From Nannocystis sp. RBIL2 (lineage in GTDB: Bacteria; Myxococcota_A; Polyangia; Nannocystales; Nannocystaceae), in assembly GCF_026626745.1 (NCBI RefSeq), contig NZ_JAPNJW010000002.1, positions 1,446,151 through 1,510,150 on the forward strand: a stretch of DNA of 64,000 nt. Direction: 5' to 3'. Shown one piece after another: positions 10,191 to 19,800 of the stretch (position 1 is the first letter of the stretch; each line of letters begins with the position of its first letter). The translations under genes and the position numbers were made by a program. The notes below the pieces were generated by a model. The model was not told the DNA's origin. It made no database searches and saw only the letters and a list, made by a program, of their open reading frames with translations.

Positions 10191-11498
10191 ATGTCGCGCT
10201 GCCTGTCCCTGGCCCTGGTCCTCGCCCTCGCCGCCCCGCCTGCGGCCGCCCACCCGCTGGCGCGCCCCCCCGGCCCGGGCGCCTGGCAGCCCGCCGGGCC
10301 CTCGGGACATGTCTCGGATGACATGCCCGAGAGGACACCCTCGCTGGCCCTCCCGTCGGCGGCCGCTCCGTCCTCCGCCGCCACCCACCTGTCCCCAGGG
10401 ATATCCGCCCTGGCCGCGGCCCCGACCGTCCCGCCGCCCGCCTCTGCGCACCTGTCCCCAGAGACAGGCCTCCTGACCACGATCCCACCCGCCAACCTGG
10501 CCCTACGGACAGCCGTCACGCCATCGCCCGCCCCGCCCCTCGAAGACACGTCCTCGGGGACAGCCAATCCGGCCGCCCCCGGCGACATGTCCCCCGGGAC
10601 AGCCGCCCCCGCCCCGCTCGATCCCTCCCCAAATGCCCCGGAAGACATGTCCTCCGGGACATCTCCGCCGCCCGTCCCCACCACCCCCGCCGCCGATCCC
10701 CCGCTCCCGCCCGCGCCGCCGGCCCTCCCGCCGCACCTCATGCGCCTGCGGCCGGCCGTCGACGTCCCCGTCATCGCCCTCGGCCTCGTCATGTGGCTCG
10801 GCACCGATCTCGCGGCTCGCGACATGCGCTGGTCCGGCTGTCAGACCTGCGACCGCAGCCACATCAACGGCCTCGATCGGCGCGTCCTCGGCAACGAGAG
10901 CCTCGCGGCCGCCCACGCCTCCGACGCCCTCCTCTACACCGCGATCGCCGCCCCGATCGTCGCCGACCTCGCCGACACCCTCGTCGCCGGCCGCCGCGCC
11001 CCCGGCTCCTACCGCCACGCCGCCGGCGGCTGGGCCCGCGACGTGGTCGTCCTGTTCGAGGTCCTCGCCGTCAACGTCGGCCTCAACAACCTCGTCAAGT
11101 ACGCCGTGCGCCGCCCGCGGCCCTACAGCTACGAGCCCGAGAGCGACCTCGGAGACGTCCAGGCCGAGGAGGCGCGCCTGTCCTTTTATTCAGGTCACAC
11201 CTCGACCGCCTTCGCCATGATGAGCGCCTGGGCCACCCTCTTCACCCTGCGTCACCCGCGGGCCCGCGCCGCCGTCCCGGCCTGGCTGGTCGCAGTCGGC
11301 CTCGCCGCCACCACCGGCGTCCTGCGCGTCGAGGCCGGCAAGCACTTCTGGACCGACGTCTTGTTCGGCTCCGTCGCCGGCACCGCCATCGGCGTCCTCG
11401 TCCCGCTGCTCCACCGCAACGATCGCGGCCGCCGCTTCTCCGCCGGCATGAGCCCCACCCCGCGCGGCGCCCTCGTCAGCCTCACCGGCCGCTTCTGA
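10191..11498 (+). CDS. PAP2-family phosphatase with an N-terminal signal peptide and a Pro-rich low-complexity region. An alternative internal start at 10741 would give a 252-aa membrane PAP2 protein.
   Basis: PAP2 motifs 'KYAVRRPRP', 'SFYSGHTS' and 'HFWTDV'. Signal-like 'MSRCLSLALVLALAAPPAAA'. The Pro-rich segment carries repeated 'DMSPGT' units encoded by palindromic DNA motifs (see findings). Confidence 0.75.
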   Translation: MSRCLSLALVLALAAPPAAAHPLARPPGPGAWQPAGPSGHVSDDMPERTPSLALPSAAAPSSAATHLSPGISALAAAPTVPPPASAHLSPETGLLTTIPPANLALRTAVTPSPAPPLEDTSSGTANPAAPGDMSPGTAAPAPLDPSPNAPEDMSSGTSPPPVPTTPAADPPLPPAPPALPPHLMRLRPAVDVPVIALGLVMWLGTDLAARDMRWSGCQTCDRSHINGLDRRVLGNESLAAAHASDALLYTAIAAPIVADLADTLVAGRRAPGSYRHAAGGWARDVVVLFEVLAVNVGLNNLVKYAVRRPRPYSYEPESDLGDVQAEEARLSFYSGHTSTAFAMMSAWATLFTLRHPRARAAVPAWLVAVGLAATTGVLRVEAGKHFWTDVLFGSVAGTAIGVLVPLLHRNDRGRRFSAGMSPTPRGALVSLTGRF

Positions 11499-11580
11499 CA
11501 GCAGCGGCCTCTGCCGTCGCAATCACAACACTGCGCGATCGACTGGCCGCATTCGCACGCGCGGTGGGGGCATCGGCCGC

Positions 11581-12669
11581 GTGCTAAGCTCCTCGCGCAT
11601 GCTCGGCGACCGTCGACTCTCCCTCTTGTTCGCCTCGCTCCTCGCCGAGGTCACTGCGAGCGGGTGCGGAGCCGACGACCCCTGTACTTACGAACAAGTC
11701 ACTGCGATTGGCGCCAACCGGCTCGCGCCCTACATCGAGGACGGCAACCTCACCCTCGCCGAGTGCCAGGTCCTGTGCCCCATGAATCCTGCGCCGCCGC
11801 CTTCCGCTGGCCCTGACGAGCCGAGCAGCACGAGCTCGAGCACCTCGACCACCGGCGACACCCCCAGCGACACCACCACCGACCCCACCTCGACGACCGC
11901 CGCGACCACCGGCGCCGTCGACGACGACGCCGCCCCGCGCACGTCCACCGTGCTCGGTTGCGCCGCCATTCCCGCCAGCAAGAGCGACATCCGCTGCCAG
12001 TACGAGACCTCCTGCAAGGGCGGTCGGCGCCCCGCCGGCCTCTGCTCCGAGGGTCGCAGCGGCGGCGACGATCCCATCGCGCGGTGGTTCGCCGAGGTCG
12101 CGCACCTCGAGGCCGCCAGCGTCCCCGCCTTCGAGCGCCTCGCCGCCGAACTCCGCGAGCACGACGCCCCCGCCGCTATGATCGCCGCGGCCCTCCGCGC
12201 AGCGGTCGACGAGGCCCGCCACGCTGACCTCCTCGGCGCGATCGCCATCCGCCTCGGCGGTCGCCCCAGCCCCGTCGAGCTCGCGCCCACGCACGGCCGT
12301 TCGCTCGTCGAGCTGGCGATCGAGAACGCAGTCGAGGGCTGCGTCGGCGAGACCTGGGCCGCCCTGCTCGCCGCCCATCAGGCGCGAGCCGCCGAGGACC
12401 CCGAGATCCGCGCCTGCATGATCGAAGTCGCCGCCGACGAGGCCGCCCACGCCGACCTCGCCTGGGCCATCGACGCCTGGATCGCCCCCCTCCTGACCGC
12501 CGACGAACGGACCCGCCTTCTCACAGCCCGCTCGCAGGCCGCCCGCGCCCTCCGCGATCCGCCCCCCCGCGACGAAGCCCTCGAACGGCGCGCCGGCCTG
12601 CCCGCACCCGACCTCGCGCGCCGCCTCTGGAAAACCCTCGACCGCGAACTCTGGTCCGCGGCCGCCTGA
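11581..12669 (+). CDS. Ferritin-like domain lipoprotein.
   Basis: Lipobox-like 'AEVTASGCG'. Thr/Ser-rich linker. The C-terminal half has paired 'E..H' motifs ('DEARHADLLGA', 'DEAAHADLAWA') typical of ferritin-like di-iron folds. An alternative start lies at 11599. Confidence 0.65.
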   Translation: MLSSSRMLGDRRLSLLFASLLAEVTASGCGADDPCTYEQVTAIGANRLAPYIEDGNLTLAECQVLCPMNPAPPPSAGPDEPSSTSSSTSTTGDTPSDTTTDPTSTTAATTGAVDDDAAPRTSTVLGCAAIPASKSDIRCQYETSCKGGRRPAGLCSEGRSGGDDPIARWFAEVAHLEAASVPAFERLAAELREHDAPAAMIAAALRAAVDEARHADLLGAIAIRLGGRPSPVELAPTHGRSLVELAIENAVEGCVGETWAALLAAHQARAAEDPEIRACMIEVAADEAAHADLAWAIDAWIAPLLTADERTRLLTARSQAARALRDPPPRDEALERRAGLPAPDLARRLWKTLDRELWSAAA

Positions 12670-13832
12670 ACCCGGCACGCCACCGAGCTCCAATCACCGA
12701 ATCATGGCACCGCCCACGCGAGCCTCCGTCGCCGGAATCATCATCGTCGTCGCCCTGCCTCCGCGCGCGATGAGGCCTCACACGATCGTCTCCGGAAGAC
12801 GCACGCAGCCCGAATCGTGAATCGCGTCTGTCGGCGGGCCAGCCCTGACCGTCGAATAGACGCTCCTGTCGTCGTCACGCCCCGGACCCGCGCGCCCATG
12901 CGCGAGCGATTTTTTTTCGACCGCGCGCTGCGACAACGGATCCGTCCGCCTGTCATGCCCGCAGGAGGCCGGATCACGCCAGCGTCGTGCTCGACCGCGG
13001 CCTCCGCCTGCGCCACGTCGCGAGCCTGCGCGGCCGTCGACTGCATCGAGCGATACACCTGCACCTCGCTGCCTGACCTGCCGGAACCCCGTCATCCTCA
13101 TCGAGCACGAGCGACGAATCGCCCTGCCCGCTATCGCCATTCGTCATTCTGCGCTTGCCGATGCCCATTGCATGCAGCATCGCGTCAGCTCTCGTCGGCG
13201 CCCACCAGAATATCGGCGCATCGGGCATCCCGCGAGCACGATCGCCCCGATCCCCCATCACGACAATCACGGCACCGAAGCCGAGCACCGTCCCCGAAAA
13301 CATCATCGTCATCTCTCGCCACCCGAGTTCCCCGAGTCCTCACACCAATCGTCTCCGACAGACGCACGCCGCCCGGTTCGTGAAATGGCGTCTGTTCGGC
13401 GGCCAGCCCTGGCCGTCGAACAGACGCCTCGCGCTCTCCGCCAGGCAGCCTCTGCATCGAAGCCCACGACGGCGTGCGGGCCTCTCACGGCTGCAGCCGT
13501 GCCAGGGGTCCGGGGAAGCGGCGGCCGCGAATTAGAGGCGAGATGGGCGCGAGGAACGAGTGTCCATCTCGCCGGTTAACTCGCGGCCGCCGCTTCCCCG
13601 GACCCCCCGCGAGGCGCAGTCGGCAATATGCTGACCGCCGAGCCCCCCGCGCAGAATCCCTCACCCATTCACGAGCGCGACAGCGCCCCGACGATCGGGC
13701 CTTCCGCCCCCAATCGCCGACCCTCCGTGTCCCGCCACGCGCGCGATCTTGCCCACGGTCACCTGTCCGCCCGCAAACCACACGCCAGGGCGGCCGTGGT
13801 ACCTTGGGCGGCCCCGCTCGCGGCCCACGCCC

Positions 13833-16800
13833 ATGCCCGAAACCGCCGTCGCGCCCAAGCGCCAGCCCTCGCCTCACGATCTGCCTTGCCCGCTGCCGCC
13901 CGTGGCTCATGGAGAGCCGCCCGAGCTCGGGGCGTTTCGCGCCAAGCCCAGCGACGACGCCTTCTTGAAGCTGCGACGGGCCTTCCGCGAGGCCGAGAAC
14001 TGGAGCGCCCTCGCCACCTTGCTCGTCGTGCACGCTGCAGCGATCAGTGGCCCGCCGAAGGTCGCCGAGCTGTGCGTCCAGGCCTACGAGCTCTGGTACG
14101 ACCGCGTCAAGGACAAGCCCCAGGCCGCCTACGCCCTCGTGCGCGCCCTCCAGGCCGAGCCGCACAACAGCCGCGCCTACGAGCAACTGCGCAAGGTCTA
14201 CGGCGAGCTCGGCAGCCTCGACGAGCTTGCCACCTTGCTCAAGTTCCGCCTCGACCACCTGCGGCGGCACGATCGGGGCGCGGTCCCTGGCGCGCTCGTC
14301 GAGCTCGGCAAGGTCGACGAGCAGCGCTGTCAGGTCGACGAGGCCATCGCTTGCTACAGGGCCGCGCTCGAGATCAACCCCCAGGAGCGCGACGCCAGCG
14401 ATCAGCTCATCCGGCTTCATCTCCAGGCTGGCGCCTGGCTGCGCGTCATCGATCTGATCAACGCCGAGCTCGCGCGCACCGACAACGTCCGCGAGCGCGA
14501 CCGCTTCGCCGCCCTTCACCTCCGCCTCGCGCGGATCGAGGCCGAGCAGCTCGAGAACATCCCCTCCGCCGCGCTCCACCTGCAGGCCGCGCTCAAGGCC
14601 AACCCTGACGACGTCGCCGCCCTGCGGGCCTTCGGCGCCCTCTACCTCGGCAGCGGCAAGGCCAGCGACGAGGGCCTGCAGAAGGCCGCCGACGTGTTCT
14701 TCCGCGCCGCCAAGCTCGCGCGCAGCCAGGGCGACGACAAGATCGCCTACAGCCTGCTGCGCCGGGCCATGAGCCTGCGTCCCGACCATCACGAGGCCGG
14801 CAACGCCCTCGCCGAGCTGTTGATGGCGCAGGAGAAGTGGATGGAGCTCGACGACCTCTACGGGGCGTGGATCGGCTATGTCACCGAGGCCGACAGCTAC
14901 GGCCTGTGGCTGTCGCGCGGCGAGCTGCTCGAGACTCGCCTCGCCCGCCGCGAGGAGGCCCGCGCCTGCTACGAGCAGGCCTCGCGGCTCGAGCGGCCCG
15001 GCGGCGACGCCTGGCTGCGCCTCGAGGCCTTGCTGGTCGAGCTCGGCGACAACCACGGCCTCGTCAGCCTGTACGAGCGCTGGTCCGAGCAGGACCCCGG
15101 CGGTCTGCCGACCGACAAGCTGCTGTGGGCCGCCCGCGTCGCCCGCGAGGACCTCGGCGACGAGGAGCGGGCCGCGGTCAGCTTCTACCGCGTGCTCGAG
15201 CGCGAGCCCTTCAATCACGAGGCCTTCGAGGGCTACAAGGAGCACTGGCGGCGCAAGAACAACTGGTCGCACCTCGCCGGCCTCATCCTCTACCAGGGCG
15301 ACCAGGCCCTGCAGATGGGCGGCGGCCCGGACAGCCCGCTCGCTCGCTCCGAGTTCGCCGAGCACTTCGTCGAGCTGGCCGAGATCTACGAGCGCCGCCT
15401 CGGCGACCTCGCCGGCGCCCTCGACGCCTGGAACCGGCTCGCCCTCGCCTACCCCAACGACTGGCGCCCGCGCGACCAGATCGCCCGCATCGACAAGCGC
15501 GCGCGCATGCTCGACGCCAACCTCGCCACCCTCGAGGCCGAGCTGCAGCGCACCGTCGATCCGCAGCGCCGCTTCGAGGTGTTGCGCCGGCTGTCGCAGG
15601 CCCACCGCGAGCGCATGACCGACCCCCAGCGCACCATCGTCCTGCTGCAGGAGATGCTGGCGCTCGCGCCCGGCCACGAGGGGGCCCTGCGCGCGCTCGC
15701 CGAGATGTACGAACGGACAGGTGCTTACGACCAGGTCATCGACCTGCTGCGGCGCCAGCACGACGTCACCCGCAGCATCTCGCAGCGCGTGGTCCTGCTG
15801 CGGCGCATGGCCGAGCTGTGGCAGCACGAGCTGCACAGCCCGCGCGAGGCGCTGTGGGCCTGCGAGCAGATCCTCGGCTACAGCCCGTCGGACATGGACG
15901 CGGTCCACCGCATGCAGGGCTTGTGCGCCGAGCTCGGCGACGCCGGCGGCGAGTACGAGGCGCTGTCGCGCGAGCTCGGCCTCGTCGGAGACCCGGCCCA
16001 GCGCACCCGCATCATCCGGCGCATGGCCGATGTCGCCGACCGCAAGCTGCAGGACCCGCAGCGCTCGGCCCAGGCGTGGACGCAGCTGCAGGCCGGCGAC
16101 CCGCACAACCTCGAGGTCACCGACAAGCTGATCGCCGCCTACGAGGCGCTCGGCAACCGCGAGGAGCTCGCCAACCTGCTCGGCAAGGCCGCCAGCTCGG
16201 CCCGCACCCCGCCGATCCGCCAGCTCGACTATCTCATGCGCCTGGGCCACGTCGCCGAGTCGTCGCTCGGCGACGCCGACCTGGCCTGCTCGGCCTTCGA
16301 GCGCGCGCTGCGGATCCACCGCGACCACCGCGGCGCCACCGAGGCGCTGACCCGCCTCTACCGCAACCTCGGCAGCTGGCACGGCCTGGCCGCCTCGCTC
16401 GGCACCCTGCAGGACATGGCCGACAGCGACGAGGAGGCGCTCGGCATCGGCTGGGAGCGCGCCGAGGTCCTGGCCGACCGGCTCGACAACCCGGCCGCCG
16501 CCATCCGCGTGCTCGAGCAGCTCAGCTCGAACGCCGCCGTCGGCAACCGCGACGTCGCCCTCAAGCTGCTCGAGCTGTACGAGCGCGCCGGCCAGTTCGA
16601 CCGCCTGATCCGCCACGCCGAGATCCTCCTGCTCTCGGCGCTCGAGACCGACGAGCGGCGCGAGCTGTTCTCGCTGGTCGCCCGCACCTACGTCGTCAAC
16701 CTCAACGCCCCGCACAAGGCCATCGCCGCCTTCCAGCGGTTCATGCGCGAGGAGCCCGACGACGGCGAGGGCCTCAAGATCCTCGGCGAGCTGCAGGCGC

Positions 16801-19800
16801 TGGCCGGCGACCACCAGGCCACCCTCGACACTCTCGGCAAGCGCCTCGAGAGCCTCACCGACGCCGCCCAGCAGGTCGTCACCCTCGAGCAGATGGCCGA
16901 GGTGTGCGAGTTCGGGCTCGGCCACGCCAAGCGGGCGCTCGCGCTGCTCGGGCGGGCCCTCGGCATCGCCCCCGGCAGCCGCGACCTCAAGCAGAAGATC
17001 GAGGCGTTCGCCGAGCGCCACGGCATGTACAAGGACCTGCTCGTCGTCTACGGCGAGCGCTTCACCGAGATGAGCGGCCGCGCGGAGAGCCGCGGCCAGA
17101 TCGACCTGTGCCTCGGCGCCTCGGCCACCGCCGAGAAGAAGATCGGCGACCCCGACCTCGCCTTCGCCTGGGCCCGCAAGGCCTACTTCGTGGCCCTGCG
17201 CGCCGGCCTCGACGCCGGCACCGTGCTCGACCGCCTCGAGGGCCTGGCCCAGGCCCACGGCCTGTGGCCGCAGATGCTCGACGTCAGCGAGCAGGAGCTG
17301 GCCTTCCAGGAGAAGACCCCCAACTACGGCGACTACGGCACCATCGCCCTGTTGATGTCGGCCGCCGAGATCGCGCGCGAGCGCCTCGGCGACCCCGCGC
17401 GCGCGATCGGCTACCTGCAGCGCGCCTACAAGCTGCGCCCCGACGACGACGACCTCGGGCGCCAGATCGAGGCCCTCGGCGAGGCCCACCAGATGTGGCA
17501 GGCGCTGATCGACCTGCAGGAGCTCAAGCTCGGCCGCGCCAAGACCGGCCTCGGCCGCTTCGACGCCTGCGTCGCCATCGCCAAGATCTACGAGCGCCAC
17601 CTCAACGATCACAAGCGCGCGTTCCAGTGGCTGCGGCGGGCCGAGACCGACCTGCGCCCCGCCGATCCCTCGCTCGCCGAGGAGGCCGCCGGCCTGATGA
17701 CCGAGCTGGCCCAGCGCCACCAGCTCTGGCCCGAGCTCGCCGATCACCACCGCGGCCTCGCGCTCGCCAAGCTGCAGCGCAACGAACGCGGCGGCCTCAA
17801 CCAGCTCAAGGACTCGGCGCGCATCGACTACGAGAAGCGCCAGGACCCGCTCGCGGCCCTGCGCACCCTGCGGCTCGGCGTCGCCTACGACCGCGACGGC
17901 ACCGCGCTGATGCCCGCGATCGAGGCGATGGCCGCCAAGGTCGACGAGAAGCGCAGCCCCGACACCCCGCCGACCGGCGCGCTCACCCTGCTGTCGGTCA
18001 CCCAGCAGATCATCGGCCAGACCGTCGACCCCGCGCTCAAGCTGTCGCTGCTCAAGCGCCGCGCCGAGCTGCGCGCCGGCCTCGGCGACACCGCCGGCGC
18101 CATCGCCGAGTGGCTGCGCGCCCTCTCGCTCCACCCCGGCAGCGAGGAGGCCCGCTTCGAGCTCGACCGCCTGGCCGAGCGCGACAACCTGTGGCACCTG
18201 CTCCTGCTCGCGCCCGCGAGCGAGCTGGCCTTCGGGACAGGCAAGGCCCAGCAGGGCAAGCTCCTGACCCAGATCGCCGAGCTCTACGAGAACTGCCTCG
18301 GCCGGCCCGAGTACGCGCTCAGGGCCCGGATCGCCGCCTGGAAGCTGCAGGGCGACCTGCCCCCCGAGACAGGTGAGCTCGGGCCCGTCCACAGCAAGAT
18401 GTGGCACCTCGCCAGCCTGACCGGCACCTACACCGCCCCGCCGCCGGCCCGCGACCCGCTGCTGTGGCCGCAGATCGTCCCGCCCGAGCTGGCCGACCGC
18501 GACCAGTGGCGCAAGCTCGGCCTCGACCCCGACACGCTCGCCCCGCGCATGGCCGTCAAGGCCCGCAAGAAAGAGGAGTCGAGCGTGATGGAGCTCGACG
18601 ACCTCGAGGAGGTGTCGCGCCCGACCGCCGAGATCCAGCTGTCCGAGCTCGAGCCGCTCGAGGAGCTGCGGCGCGGCGGTGGCAAGGAGGTCGTCGCCCG
18701 CCCGGGCAAGACCGTCCGCAGCGAGACGCACACCAACATCGTCGACCTCGCCGACCTCGAGCCCGTCGAGCTGTCGGCCACCGCGGTCAAGATCCGCGCC
18801 CCGCGGCCGGCCCGCGGCGAGACCGACATCGTCGACATCGCCGACCTCGAGGCCGTCGAGGCGTCCGGCTCGGTCAGCGTGCGCGCGGCCGGCCTGCCGC
18901 GCCAGGAGAGCGGCGTGTTCGACCTCGCCGACCTCGAGCCGATCGAGGACAGCCTGGTCGGCCCGGCGCCGAAGCGCCCCAGCGCCGAGGTCTCGGGCGT
19001 GCTCGACCTCGACGAGATGCTCGAGCTCGACGACGACGCCCCGCGCCCGGTCGCCCACAAGCGCTCGCTGCCGCGGCCCGCCGCCAAGCCGCTCAAGCCG
19101 ACCCCGCCGCGCCCGCCGGGCGGCAAGCCGGTCGCCAAGGCCCCGCCGCCGGCCCGCCGCCCCGCCGCCCCGCCGCCGCCCTCGCGCCCGCCTGAGCCTG
19201 TCCCTGCGGCCAGCTTGCCGCCGCCGCCCCCGGTCGCCAGCCGCGAGCTGATCGACGCCGTCACCGCCGGCCTGCCGGCCCTGCCCGAGCTCGACGCCCC
19301 GGTCCTGCCCGGCCGCCCGTCCGCCAGCTCCGCCTGGCACGAGCTGGCCCACGCCTACGCCTCGGTCGTCCCCGCCAGCAAGTCCGAGCGCGCCGGCCTG
19401 CAGCGCCTGCTCGCTCGCCTGTGGGACGAGGGCGCCGGCATGCCCGACGCCGCGCTCGAGCGCTACGAGGAGGCCCTCGCGCTGGTGCCCGACGACGCGG
19501 TCGCGCTCTCGGGCCTCGTCCACATGGCCGAAAGGACAGCCGACCCGGAGCGCCTGATCGCCGCGCTGTCGCGCCTGCTGTCCGACCTCACCCTGCCCGA
19601 GCACATCGTCGCCTATCACCTGCGCCTCGCCGACCTGTACGAACAGACAGGTCAGCCCGAGCGCGCCGAGGAGCAGTACCGCGGCGTGCTCGCCGTCTCG
19701 GCGAAGCACCTGGGCGCGCTGCGCAGCCTGGCCGCGCTGCACGCCAAGACCGGCCGCGAGCGCGAGGCCGCCGAGGCCTCGGCGCGCCTCTACGACGTCG

